A stretch of 42,423 nt of DNA from Escherichia phage Ec1-ASingh: sequence record PQ561394; one strand, given 5' to 3'. The notes below the pieces were generated by a model. It saw only the letters and a program-made list of their open reading frames with translations, did no database searches and was not told where the DNA came from. Position numbers and translations under genes: made by a program. Of the stretch, positions 19,003 through 29,040 are shown piece by piece. Numbering within the stretch: the first letter of the stretch is position 1; the number at the start of each line of letters is the position of its first letter.

Positions 19003-22000
19003 TTACACAAGAATCGCTCGACAAGTTCATGGCTCCCAAGCAGGGGGCCAATGCCCCTACGCTGGTGATTCCAGCTCCCGTAAAGACTGCTGACCTCAGC
19101 ACTCCGCTGCAAGATGCCACTCGTCAGGGTGCTGTCGAGCAGTTCGATAAGATGCAGGAACTGGAAGCGACTCCGATGGCCACGGCGTTGAGCGCTTCTG
19201 TGAAGAACTGGGATACCACTCAGCTCTTTGATGCCGCCTTCAACAAGCCTACCTTTCAGGCTGACCCGGACTTCAAGCCCAACGAGGCGTTGCAGCAGGT
19301 TCAGTTCCCGATTGGTGAAGACGACAGAACTTTCCTGTTTAAATCCAAATCTATGGACGAGTTCAACTGGCGTACGCAGCAGCTCCAAGAGATGCGCGAG
19401 CGTACCCAGTTGGCTCACACTGCTCCGGTGATGAACGCGGTTCTGCAATTCGCTGACCCGCTGTACCTCGCCACCGACCTGCTCTCGATGGGAGCAGGCA
19501 CTGCCCTGAAACTAGGTCGCCTCGGAACCTCCGCTGTCGGTGCAGCTTCAACTGCTGCCACTATGACAGCGGTGGGTAATGAAGCACGCCCAGTGTCTCA
19601 GAACGAAATCATCTTTGCGGCTGCCCTGCACGGGGCGGCCACCACTGCATTCTATCGTCCGGCTCCGGTACAGCGGTCGCTGGCCGACCTGTCGCCAGAG
19701 GAATTTGCAGCAGAGATGCAGCGTCGTAACGGCATTGACCCGAACAACCCTCCGCAGTTCGACCCGAACAACGCTATGTCACCACTGGCCATGTCCTTGG
19801 GCTTTGGTGGTCGTGGCGCTACTGTGGTTGACGAGGTGCCAGAATCCATCCGTGCCACTGCGCAGCGCGGTCTCGACCTCGCCCGTCGCGGTGAGCAGAC
19901 CAACCCTAAGCGTCCGTTCCTCGAATGGTCGCTGTTCAAATCATTCAGCCAACATTCTGACGAGGCCAGTGCTCTCGCCGGGCGACTGCTGGATGACCCA
20001 CTGAATCCGAACATGACCTCCGCTGCATCAATCCAGCGCGAGACTCAGGCTCGGTTTGGTGTGCTGCTGAACCAGTATGAGGACACCCTGCGTAACGCAC
20101 TGAACACTGACGGCTGGACTAACATCCGTCGCTTCCGTGACCCAGTGGGCTATCGCCGGGCGCAGCAGGAGTTCGAAGCTGCTGTCCGTTTCGAGCTGGA
20201 CAAGCGCATGATTGACAAAGAGTTCCGTGGTGCCAATGCTAACGTGGCCGCTGCCGCCGACCGACTGGGGGAATACTCCCGCGCCGTGGGCCGCGAGCTG
20301 GAAGCGAAGGGCATGGTGGAACCGGGCTTCGTAGACAAGAACCCGTACTACTACCCGCGCCGGATGAACGTGACCAAGATTGAGCAGGCTGAGCAGTTGC
20401 TCGGCAAGAAGCCATTCATGAAGCAGATGACGACCGCTGTGCAGCGCGGTATCGGTACTGACCGTCCGACTGCCAACGTCATTGCCCATGCCATGGTTGA
20501 GCGTGCTCGTCGTAAGGGTTACGGTATTGACAACTCCGGTATGATTATCAACAAGGAAGGTCGCGATGAATTGCTCGAAATCATTGAGAACGCGAAAGGT
20601 CTCGACGAGGCTGCCAAGGCCCGTGCTTCCGCACTCCTTCGTGAGTCTGGCTCGGACGCTGGCCGACCGCCGATGCTCAAGAGCCGCATCAACATCGACA
20701 TGATGCACCAGCTCGGCCCTAACTTGCAGGTGCGTGACCTGTTCGACGACAGCATCACCAGTATGATGGACAGCTATAACCGCCGCATTACCGGGCGACT
20801 GGCTCTGCATGAAGCTGGACTGGGTACTGATGCTGAACGCGCCGCCGCTCGCGAGGCGCTGGCCAAATCCATCCCGGATAGCACGGCACGCCGTAAGGCT
20901 CTCGACCAATACGACAACATCATGGCTTACTACCAAGGTGCTCCTGTTGGTGAGGAAATGCCGGAGTTCATGCGCCAGCTTTCAGCGCTGACTCAGGCCA
21001 CTGGTCTGGCTGCATCTGGCCTGTGGCAGTTGGTAGAATACGGCACGATGATGCAACGTTTCGGGGCAGTCAATACGTTTCGCGCCATGATGCGTACAAT
21101 TCCCGAAGCACGCGCACTATTTAAGCAAATGAGGGTGTCTACTAAGGAAGGTCGTCAATTGGCTCTGGATGCCGAGGAAGCGCTGACTGCGGCTGTAGCG
21201 AGTGATATTCGTATGCGCCCAATCATGCAGCACTATGACGACATGTTCTCTGCGGATAAGTCTCCGTGGGTCATGCGTATGGAACACCTGCGCGATGCCA
21301 CGATGTTCATCAACATGCAGAAATACATCCACTTCCACCAGACTCGAACCAATGCTGCGCTCGTGATGCAGACGCTGCGTAAGGCAGCCGAAGGTGATGC
21401 CAAGGCTATTGCAGCCATGAAAACCTACGGTGCCAATGACGTGCTGCTGGCTGACATTCGCAAGCAGGTTGGTACTCATGGCACCAAGCCTGATGCTTGG
21501 GATGAAGGGGTGTTCAATCGCTCTCGCATTGTCATGATGAATGCCATGGATGACGCTATTGTTCGCGCTCGCGTAGGTGAGCTGCCTGCATTTGCTGAGT
21601 TCAGTACGCTGGGTAAGTTCCTGTTTACGTTCCGTCGATTCGTCGCGGCAACGCACAACAAGACTCTGGTTGGTACTTGGAATCGTGAGGGTGCCCGTGG
21701 GCTGGCAACGCTGATGGCGTACCAGTATCCGCTGGCGATGATGGCCACTGCTGCCAATAACGTGATTTCCGGTAAGGCATTCTCTGACCCGGATACCATG
21801 GCTCCGAACAAACTGGCTGGTCAGGCACTGAACTATCTCGGTGCTATCGGCTTTGCCTCTGAGTTCACTGGAGTTCTGACCGGGCAGCAGCGCAGCTTTG
21901 GTGCGCCGGGCCTGTTGTTCCTCGACCGCCTGTACGGTGTTGCTGGTGCCACCTCTGCTACGGCAGGTAGTCTGGCCACTGGTGATTTTGACCAAGCCGG

Positions 22001-22103
22001 ACATAACGCTCGCAAGGCAGCCGGGAACATCATTCAGGCTCTCCCACTAATCTCCATTGTGCCGGGTGTCCGAGCACTCAACGAAGCAGTTAAGGGTGAA
22101 TAA
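18999..22103 (+). CDS. internal virion / ejection protein (gp16-like position)
   Basis: 1034 aa; synteny; ATGA overlap with upstream gene. Confidence 0.6.
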   Translation: MITQESLDKFMAPKQGANAPTLVIPAPVKTADLSTPLQDATRQGAVEQFDKMQELEATPMATALSASVKNWDTTQLFDAAFNKPTFQADPDFKPNEALQQVQFPIGEDDRTFLFKSKSMDEFNWRTQQLQEMRERTQLAHTAPVMNAVLQFADPLYLATDLLSMGAGTALKLGRLGTSAVGAASTAATMTAVGNEARPVSQNEIIFAAALHGAATTAFYRPAPVQRSLADLSPEEFAAEMQRRNGIDPNNPPQFDPNNAMSPLAMSLGFGGRGATVVDEVPESIRATAQRGLDLARRGEQTNPKRPFLEWSLFKSFSQHSDEASALAGRLLDDPLNPNMTSAASIQRETQARFGVLLNQYEDTLRNALNTDGWTNIRRFRDPVGYRRAQQEFEAAVRFELDKRMIDKEFRGANANVAAAADRLGEYSRAVGRELEAKGMVEPGFVDKNPYYYPRRMNVTKIEQAEQLLGKKPFMKQMTTAVQRGIGTDRPTANVIAHAMVERARRKGYGIDNSGMIINKEGRDELLEIIENAKGLDEAAKARASALLRESGSDAGRPPMLKSRINIDMMHQLGPNLQVRDLFDDSITSMMDSYNRRITGRLALHEAGLGTDAERAAAREALAKSIPDSTARRKALDQYDNIMAYYQGAPVGEEMPEFMRQLSALTQATGLAASGLWQLVEYGTMMQRFGAVNTFRAMMRTIPEARALFKQMRVSTKEGRQLALDAEEALTAAVASDIRMRPIMQHYDDMFSADKSPWVMRMEHLRDATMFINMQKYIHFHQTRTNAALVMQTLRKAAEGDAKAIAAMKTYGANDVLLADIRKQVGTHGTKPDAWDEGVFNRSRIVMMNAMDDAIVRARVGELPAFAEFSTLGKFLFTFRRFVAATHNKTLVGTWNREGARGLATLMAYQYPLAMMATAANNVISGKAFSDPDTMAPNKLAGQALNYLGAIGFASEFTGVLTGQQRSFGAPGLLFLDRLYGVAGATSATAGSLATGDFDQAGHNARKAAGNIIQALPLISIVPGVRALNEAVKGE

Positions 22104-24487
22104 TGGCGAACAGCTATAATGCTTACGTGGCGAACGGTTCACAGACCGCATTCCTCGTCACGTTCGAGCAGCGCGTGTTCACTGAGATTCAGGTGTACCT
22201 CAACTCCGAACTCCAGACGAGCGGGTACACCTACAACTCTGTGACCAAACAGATTATCTTTGACACCGCCCCGCTCGCCGGGGTGATTGTCCGACTCCAA
22301 CGCTACACCTCTGAGGTTCTGCTGAACAAGTTCGGCCAAGACGCTGCCTTCACCGGGCAGAACCTTGACGAGAACTTCGAGCAGATTCTGTTCAAGGCTG
22401 AGGAAACTCAGGAAGCATGGCTCGCGCCGCTTGACCGCGCCGTCCGTGTTCCGAACTCCGAGGTCTCAATCAACGCACTACCGAACGTCGCTGGCCGCCG
22501 CAACAAGGCGTTGGGCTTTGACAGCAATGGCCAGCCGTTCATGATTCCTCTGGTTGATATCCCGGACTCCGCTCTGGCGATTGCTCTGGCGATGGCTGAC
22601 GGCGGTAAGTGGATTGGTACTCTTGGCGGCGGCACGTTCCTCGACCGACAGGATACAGTCTGCCTGTCTGAGTTCACCAACAACACCGGGTACGCTTCTG
22701 TCGCCGCTGCGGTACAGGCTTGCTTCGATTATGCCAAGGCCAACAACAAGGTTGTGGATGCCCGTGGCTGGGAAGGTACTGTCAGCTCTACTGTCCTGAT
22801 GGACGGCATTGAGGTTGTTGGCGGTACGTGGAACGGTACGGCTGACATTCGCCTGCTGAACGCCACGTTCCGCAACTTCTCAGCATCGAAGGTTCGTGTC
22901 TGCTACTGGGGCGGTAATGTACGCATTGCTGACTACGAGTTTACTGACCACCCATCGGCATCGAAAGTTGCCAGCATCCTGTTCCAAGGTAACGTCGCCG
23001 GAGGCAGCTACGTCATTGAGAACGGCGTACACCGCAACGGTTACTTCGGTATTCTCCAACAGGGTACTGGTGAGGCCATTGATAACGGCGTGATTCGCAA
23101 CATCGCGCTCATGGATATGGCTGGCGACGGCATTGAGATGAACGTAATCAACAAGCACTATGATGGTGGCCTGCTGATTGAGAACATCTACCTCGAAAAT
23201 ATCGACGGTATCAACCCAACCTCCAACCCATCCTTCATCTCCAACTGGGGTATCGGTATCGGTTTGGCAGGTCAAGGCCCATTCGGGTGGGATGCTGCTG
23301 AGACGCAGTACGCGAAGAACATCACAGTGCGTGGTGTACATGCTCCGCGTGGTGTGCGTCAGGTTATCCACTTCGAAGTGTCCAAGAACTGTACGGTATA
23401 CGATGTACACGCCAACCCTGACCTGACTGTTTCCAACGGTACGGGTCTGACCGCCGCTGGCGTTATCACCTACGGCTGCAAGGACATGGTTATCGACGGG
23501 GTATACGGCGAGCCTATCGTCGGCAGCACTGGTACTGACCCGGCTGCGGTACGCCTTGTCATGTGCGAGTGGGGTGCTAACCAAGCGGGTGCTGGCGGTA
23601 CTCCGGGTGCATCTAACCCATCGTTTAACATGACACTGCGCAACATCTACACCAAGACTGGTCGTGTGTATGCTGGTGTTGGCTCGGATGACGAGAACAC
23701 CAACGTATACCACCTTGAGAATATCCACTGCTACCGACTCAGCCTGTTCGGGGTAGCCACTATTCTGAACATGACCAACGTGACGGGTGTTGACTTCGAC
23801 TGCGTAGGCGACGACTCCAGCGGCGGTACGTCCTCCAATGGTGTGTACCCGCGTAAGAAGACCGTCCTCAACATGGTGAACGTGAACTTCTACGGCCCCG
23901 GCAATACTGAGGGTGCGCTGTACAGTAAAGCTCGCTATTCGGATATCAGTACGCTGAACTCCAACGTGCGTGCTATCCCGTACACCAACATCCGAGGTAA
24001 CGTGGGTGTCATCCTGTCTCCGGTCAACCGCATGTACACGCTGCCGAACGACCTCGCTACCCTTGACGGTAATGAGTTCCCTACCGGGAAAGAGTTCTGC
24101 GAAGGTACTGTGCTGTTCAAGACCGATGGCTCAGGTGGCAATTTCATCGTGACCCGGTTCGGTGCGTATATCCCGGATGACGGCAACAACTTCAAGGTGC
24201 GTGCTGCTGCCGCTGGCCAGACGTATCTGGAGCAGAACCTGACTCCGGCTGGTACTCAGGCATCCACCTCGTGGCTTTACCATAAGCCAATCTCTGCTGG
24301 TACTCGACTAAACATTCCGGGTGCCGGGCCGGGCGGCGGTACGCTCACTGTAACGGTGGTGCGTGCCCCGTATCAGGTGGACAACAACATCGGAAACCCG
24401 GTGCGAATCGACATTACACCGCCCCTTGTGACGGCAATCCCTGCGGGAACGCAGCTCGCCGCTACCTACCCGGTGGCTTACATCTAA
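22103..24487 (+). CDS. tail fibre / tailspike protein with T7 gp17-like N-terminal anchor
   Basis: 794 aa; N-terminal ~120 aa resembles T7 gp17 N-domain pattern (...VTFEQRVFTEIQVYLN...LQRYTSEV...FGQDAAFTGQNLDENFEQILFKAEE); remainder Gly/Asn/Thr-rich, consistent with a beta-helix. Confidence 0.75.
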   Translation: MANSYNAYVANGSQTAFLVTFEQRVFTEIQVYLNSELQTSGYTYNSVTKQIIFDTAPLAGVIVRLQRYTSEVLLNKFGQDAAFTGQNLDENFEQILFKAEETQEAWLAPLDRAVRVPNSEVSINALPNVAGRRNKALGFDSNGQPFMIPLVDIPDSALAIALAMADGGKWIGTLGGGTFLDRQDTVCLSEFTNNTGYASVAAAVQACFDYAKANNKVVDARGWEGTVSSTVLMDGIEVVGGTWNGTADIRLLNATFRNFSASKVRVCYWGGNVRIADYEFTDHPSASKVASILFQGNVAGGSYVIENGVHRNGYFGILQQGTGEAIDNGVIRNIALMDMAGDGIEMNVINKHYDGGLLIENIYLENIDGINPTSNPSFISNWGIGIGLAGQGPFGWDAAETQYAKNITVRGVHAPRGVRQVIHFEVSKNCTVYDVHANPDLTVSNGTGLTAAGVITYGCKDMVIDGVYGEPIVGSTGTDPAAVRLVMCEWGANQAGAGGTPGASNPSFNMTLRNIYTKTGRVYAGVGSDDENTNVYHLENIHCYRLSLFGVATILNMTNVTGVDFDCVGDDSSGGTSSNGVYPRKKTVLNMVNVNFYGPGNTEGALYSKARYSDISTLNSNVRAIPYTNIRGNVGVILSPVNRMYTLPNDLATLDGNEFPTGKEFCEGTVLFKTDGSGGNFIVTRFGAYIPDDGNNFKVRAAAAGQTYLEQNLTPAGTQASTSWLYHKPISAGTRLNIPGAGPGGGTLTVTVVRAPYQVDNNIGNPVRIDITPPLVTAIPAGTQLAATYPVAYI

Positions 24488-24498
24488 GGAGAAACCAC

Positions 24499-24804
24499 AT
24501 GGCATCCGTGAATAAGCAGCTAGACGGGCTGCACCGGATGCTGGTGGAGTATCTGTCCGACCGCTTGGCCGACGCTCGTAGGAAAGATGAACACGGTAAT
24601 ATCATCGAACCTATGGCGGCGGCTGAGCTGTCCGTACTTCGCCAGTTCCTGAAAGATAACGGTATTCAGGCTGATAAAGACCACGCCGACGATTTACTCG
24701 CGCTGCAAGAGCAGCTCAACAACGAGAAAACGGAAGCAGGTCGTAAAGATATCATGTCTGCTGCCATCAACTCAATCGCAGAAGATAGCGGGATGATGCA
24801 CTAA
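24499..24804 (+). CDS. terminase small subunit (T7 gp18-like position)
   Basis: 101 aa immediately upstream of terminase large subunit, ATGA-type overlap; AAGGAG RBS. Confidence 0.6.
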   Translation: MASVNKQLDGLHRMLVEYLSDRLADARRKDEHGNIIEPMAAAELSVLRQFLKDNGIQADKDHADDLLALQEQLNNEKTEAGRKDIMSAAINSIAEDSGMMH

Positions 24805-26564
24805 TGGATTTACAACGCCGCATGGTGATGGCAGGAATCGTTCGCGCTCACTACGAGAACAACTTCCCGCTGTTCCTGCATGACTACTTCGCATGGCTGG
24901 GCTTTGACCTCACTGAAATGCAGCTCGACATTGGCCGCTACATGGCCGACAGGACGCTCAAGAACAAGTGCGTCATGGCGCAGCGTGGTGAGGCAAAGTC
25001 CACCATCGGTATTGCTCGCGCTCTGTACGAATTTGTGCAGATGCCGAACGCCACTGTCCTGCTTGTGTCCGGTTCCGACGACTATGCTGGTACGCTGTCG
25101 CACGCTATCGTGTCGGCTATCATGCAATGGGAACGTCTGGAATGGCTCAAGCCTGAGACTCGCGCTGGCGCACGTACGTCATTTACTGACGGCTTCGACG
25201 TGCATCACGCGTTCCGTATCCCTGACAAACAGCCCTCTGTAAAAGCGGTCGGTATCTTCGGCCAGCTACAGGGGAACCACGTATCGCTGTTGATTGCCGA
25301 TGACGTGGAGACTACCAGCAACGGTAGCTCTCCTGCCAACCGCGCCCGTATCAACACCCTGACCAAAGAGTTCGCGGCTATCGCCAACGATGGTGCAGAG
25401 ATTCTGTACCTCGGCACGCCACAGACTCAAGACTCCATCTACAACACGCTCCCGCAGCGTGGCTTCGACGTTCGCATCTGGCCCGGTCGTTTCCCAACGG
25501 TTGAGGAAGAAGAACGCTACGGCGGCTGTCTGGCCCCGTGGATTAAGCAGAAGATGGAAGGCCACCCTGAGCTGCGTACCGGACACGGTATCCTTGGGAA
25601 CCGTGGCGCACAGACTGACCCGCAACGCTACTCCGAAGAAAAGCAGTTGCAGAACGAACGAGACTACCAGCAGGCAGGCTTCCAGTTGCAGTTTATGCTG
25701 GATACGTCGCTGTCGGATGCGCTCAAACAAACGTTACATCTCAAAGACTTAATCTTCTTCCACGGCTCTACGCAGTCTGCGCCGGAGGTTCTGCATTGGT
25801 CGAACCACCCGCGTCATGCCGCCGAGCTGCCACTGGATTTCCCACTGGCTCGTGCTCAGCTATTCTTGGCTGCTGATTTCTCGGACACTTATGTACCATT
25901 CGAAAATACCTCGGCGTTTCTTGACCCTGCTGGTGGTGGGTCGGACGAATCAGTTATCATTGCCACCGCTTCTGTCGGCCCGTTTATCCACGTCATCGGT
26001 ATGCACGTCTACCACGGCGGCCAGACGGAGGAAAACATCAAGGCGGCGGTAGAGTGGCTCGCTGAAACCGGGGTCAAACGGCTGGTCATTGAGGATAACA
26101 TGGGCCACGGCACCGTGACCAACATGTACCGAGGTGAGATTAAGCGCCAGAGCTTGACGATTGGCTGTGAAGGCGTGTACTCGTCCGGCCAGAAAGAGGT
26201 GCGTATCATCAACCGCCTTGGCCCAATCATGCAGCGCCACCGTGTCGTCGTACACTGGTGCGTTGTTGAAGAAGACCTGCGGCTGTGTCGCGGGATGAAC
26301 AACGGTGGTCGAGAGTTCAGCCTGTTCTGGCAGCTCCAGAACCTGACACAAGACCGTCAATCCATCCCACACGATGACCGTATCGAAACCCTATCTGCTG
26401 CCGTGTACCTGCACGCTGAGGTGCTACAGCAGGACGAACATGAAGAAGCTGCCAAGCGCGAGACGGCTGCCGCACGCGAGTTCCTTGCCAACCCAATGGG
26501 TTACGATGACTCGAAGTGGCGTAGCCATAAACCTGTGCGCGGCACGCGACGGAGAATCAAATAA
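24804..26564 (+). CDS. terminase large subunit
   Basis: 586 aa; ATPase-like segments (QRGEAKST Walker A-like, LLIADDVETT Walker B-like); synteny. Confidence 0.8.
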   Translation: MDLQRRMVMAGIVRAHYENNFPLFLHDYFAWLGFDLTEMQLDIGRYMADRTLKNKCVMAQRGEAKSTIGIARALYEFVQMPNATVLLVSGSDDYAGTLSHAIVSAIMQWERLEWLKPETRAGARTSFTDGFDVHHAFRIPDKQPSVKAVGIFGQLQGNHVSLLIADDVETTSNGSSPANRARINTLTKEFAAIANDGAEILYLGTPQTQDSIYNTLPQRGFDVRIWPGRFPTVEEEERYGGCLAPWIKQKMEGHPELRTGHGILGNRGAQTDPQRYSEEKQLQNERDYQQAGFQLQFMLDTSLSDALKQTLHLKDLIFFHGSTQSAPEVLHWSNHPRHAAELPLDFPLARAQLFLAADFSDTYVPFENTSAFLDPAGGGSDESVIIATASVGPFIHVIGMHVYHGGQTEENIKAAVEWLAETGVKRLVIEDNMGHGTVTNMYRGEIKRQSLTIGCEGVYSSGQKEVRIINRLGPIMQRHRVVVHWCVVEEDLRLCRGMNNGGREFSLFWQLQNLTQDRQSIPHDDRIETLSAAVYLHAEVLQQDEHEEAAKRETAAAREFLANPMGYDDSKWRSHKPVRGTRRRIK

Positions 26565-27244
26565 TGTCCATCATCACCATCACTGATGCACAGCGTTACG
26601 AGCTTGGCTATCGCTGCGGTATCGCAGCTAATGTGACTCAACGCTTTATCAATGATACCCGTACAGTGACGGCAGCTCAGGCTGCTGATATTGAAACGGC
26701 TATCACCAATCTGGTGGCGGCACTTGAGGCGGCTGGCTATGCTGGTACGCCGGAAGGTTCCGCTCTGCTGGCTGACGGCGCTACTGTTTCCGTGGTTAAC
26801 TCCGCAGGTAACGACTCGCACAGCGCCACTGCCAACGTTACTGGCACCACGCTGGATAACGTGCAGCTCGTCCTGTCTACCGCAGCTATGGTAGACCACA
26901 CTGACTCAACTGAGATTCGTCGCTTCGACGGCTCTATCCTTGGCATCACCACTGCTACCGCCCGTGTAGCTGACGGTCTGCTGAGTAATGTGCGGCTCCC
27001 GGCTAACGCCGACGCAGTGCTTAACGGTTCGACTTACTCCGTCCGTAACTCTGCTGGTGCTGACGGCCATAACGCCACCGCTGTCGTGGCAAGCAACGGT
27101 GCCCTCACTGGCTTCAACCTCGCCGCTACTGTGGCCATGGTGGATAACGGTGATGCACTGACTATCCCGGTCACTGGCACGTACACTGACACCGTGACCT
27201 TCGCTATTTCCGCTGGTGCAATCACTGGCATCACACTCTCTTAA
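26564..27244 (+). CDS. hypothetical protein with internal tandem ~65-aa repeat
   Basis: 226 aa; two related segments (VSVVNSAGNDSHSATANVTG...AAMVDHTDS and YSVRNSAGADGHNATAVVAS...VAMVDNGDA). Confidence 0.5.
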   Translation: MSIITITDAQRYELGYRCGIAANVTQRFINDTRTVTAAQAADIETAITNLVAALEAAGYAGTPEGSALLADGATVSVVNSAGNDSHSATANVTGTTLDNVQLVLSTAAMVDHTDSTEIRRFDGSILGITTATARVADGLLSNVRLPANADAVLNGSTYSVRNSAGADGHNATAVVASNGALTGFNLAATVAMVDNGDALTIPVTGTYTDTVTFAISAGAITGITLS

Positions 27245-27255
27245 GGAGAATCTTT

Positions 27256-27450
27256 ATGGCACTTGTTGACTCTACCGCTGCTGAACGTGCGGAGTTCGTG
27301 GCAGCCTGTAATATGGCGGCCAAGTATCTGAACGTTTGGACGGAAGACTACTTCTTCGATACCACCAACACTGAGCTGGTGGCGTATTACCAAGAGTTCG
27401 TGACCCGTGTTCAAACGGCGCTCACTAACCTGACGAACGCCGCAGCGTAA
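27256..27450 (+). CDS. hypothetical protein
   Basis: 64 aa; AAGGAG RBS; soluble. Confidence 0.45.
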   Translation: MALVDSTAAERAEFVAACNMAAKYLNVWTEDYFFDTTNTELVAYYQEFVTRVQTALTNLTNAAA

Positions 27451-27460
27451 GGGGTATCTC

Positions 27461-27949
27461 ATGAAACTGTCTCGGCTAATGGCCGGGGCAGTCCTATCAG
27501 CGTCGCTGACTCTGACGGGCTGCTCCGCAACTAGCGCACTGTCTGCTGTAACTTCGGCTGTATCTCCCAACAAGCCGGAACTGACGGCTCAGGTAGGTGC
27601 AGAAAATACGAAGCAAGGTATCGGTGTGACTGCGAAACAGTCCGATGAAACCGAAGTCGGTGATGTATCTGGCAACGCGAAAGTGGATACCGCTAAGCAG
27701 GGTTCGAATGGCACATCCATCAAGGACGTCTCAGGAGGCTCTGTAAACGCTTCTAAGCAGGGGTCGCAAATGACCCAAGGAAACGTACAGGCTCGCACGG
27801 TTATCGTCTCTCAGAGCGACCCACGCAGCCTCCTATGGGCTTTCGGCATGGGCCTTACGTGTATCCTTGGTTTAGTCATGTGGTTTGTACCATCTCCGTG
27901 GAAAAGGAAAGTGAAAGATGACGGAAGCAAAGAAGGAGCCATCTCCTAA
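27461..27949 (+). CDS. lipoprotein with C-terminal TM helix (unimolecular-spanin-like architecture)
   Basis: Signal peptide with lipobox LTLTGC at N-terminus; Gly/Ser/Thr/Gln-rich middle; C-terminal hydrophobic helix LLWAFGMGLTCILGLVMWFV. Confidence 0.5.
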   Translation: MKLSRLMAGAVLSASLTLTGCSATSALSAVTSAVSPNKPELTAQVGAENTKQGIGVTAKQSDETEVGDVSGNAKVDTAKQGSNGTSIKDVSGGSVNASKQGSQMTQGNVQARTVIVSQSDPRSLLWAFGMGLTCILGLVMWFVPSPWKRKVKDDGSKEGAIS

Positions 27950-28301
27950 CATCCACTCGCGTATGGGTGCAGTGGAGGCTCGTATGCAGACCGTAGAACT
28001 TCGACTTGACAAGCACGAGGTACAAATCGCCACTCTTGAAAAGGGCGATGCTGCAATGATTTCCAAGCTGGCTGAGAACGACCTCCGCTGGCAGACGGTT
28101 CAACAGCAGCTCCTTGTGGTTGAGCAAATTCAGGACATTCAAAAGACTATGAGCCATATCGGTAAGTTGTTTACGGCGGCGGCTCACGCTGTCAAATGGT
28201 GTCTCTTAACTGCATCCCTGTGTAGCGGTATCTACTTAGCAATCAAGGCTGGTGACTTAAGCTCACTGCAAGCCTTCATCACTACACTACTGGGGATGTA
28301 A
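27918..28301 (+). CDS. coiled-coil protein with single C-terminal TM helix (holin candidate, non-canonical)
   Basis: 127 aa; N-terminal heptad-like region; C-terminal hydrophobic segment VKWCLLTASLCSGIYLAI; located immediately upstream of endolysin. Confidence 0.4.
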   Translation: MTEAKKEPSPNIHSRMGAVEARMQTVELRLDKHEVQIATLEKGDAAMISKLAENDLRWQTVQQQLLVVEQIQDIQKTMSHIGKLFTAAAHAVKWCLLTASLCSGIYLAIKAGDLSSLQAFITTLLGM

Positions 28302-28837
28302 TGACTAACTTTGAAATCTGTATGCGGTTCACCGGGCTGGCAGAAGGTGGTTATACCAAGCTGCCCGGCGATACCGGAGGGGAAACGAATCATGGAATTA
28401 GCGACGCTCGTGATGGCAAACTGGATGGCCGAGCTTGTGGTGTCCCTACTGGGCTTGGCGGCACTATTTGCGTGCCTATCAAAGACCTCACCAAAGCACA
28501 AGCCGAAGCAATCTATCGACGGGATTACTACGCCCCCATCCGAGGTGACGAGCTTCACCCTGCGATTGCATGTGCCGTGTTTGACTACGGTGTCAACTCC
28601 GGTGTCTCCCGTGCGGCGAAAGCTCTACAGCGGGTATGCGGCGTTGCACAAGACGGGATTATTGGCCCTGCTACCGTGGCAGCAGCCAAACGTCTGGAAC
28701 CTCACTCCGCAGCAGCAGCCATCTGTGACCTTCGTATTGCGTTCCTAAAGGCTTCTACAGCCCCGACAGTGGTTCGCTATAGGGATGCCTTGGTTGCTCG
28801 TGCAAAACGCTGTAGCGCTTACTGTGCGACGCTGTAG
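28301..28837 (+). CDS. endolysin, GH108-like N-terminal domain plus peptidoglycan-binding domain
   Basis: N-terminal FTGLAEGGYTKLPGDTGGETNHGI (GH108 EGGY signature) and FDYGVNSGVSRAAKALQRVCGVAQDGIIGPATVAAAKRL (PG_binding_3-like); no N-terminal SAR/TM segment. Confidence 0.75.
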   Translation: MTNFEICMRFTGLAEGGYTKLPGDTGGETNHGISDARDGKLDGRACGVPTGLGGTICVPIKDLTKAQAEAIYRRDYYAPIRGDELHPAIACAVFDYGVNSGVSRAAKALQRVCGVAQDGIIGPATVAAAKRLEPHSAAAAICDLRIAFLKASTAPTVVRYRDALVARAKRCSAYCATL

Positions 28838-29040
28838 GGGTATCCAAAAGCTGAGGCAATGAACAGGCCGTGGGTGCAATACCCCGGCTTGAAAATTGCA
28901 CGTTTATGCTTGCCCCTCCCTCGACCCAAATGACCGCGCGTGCCCCCATAGCGTGTGCGCGGATTAGCCTCGCGACGTGCGCGATATTTGCTCGCGTGCG
29001 CTGCGCGGCGCGTCAAGAGGATTGCCTGCGTGCGGTATAG

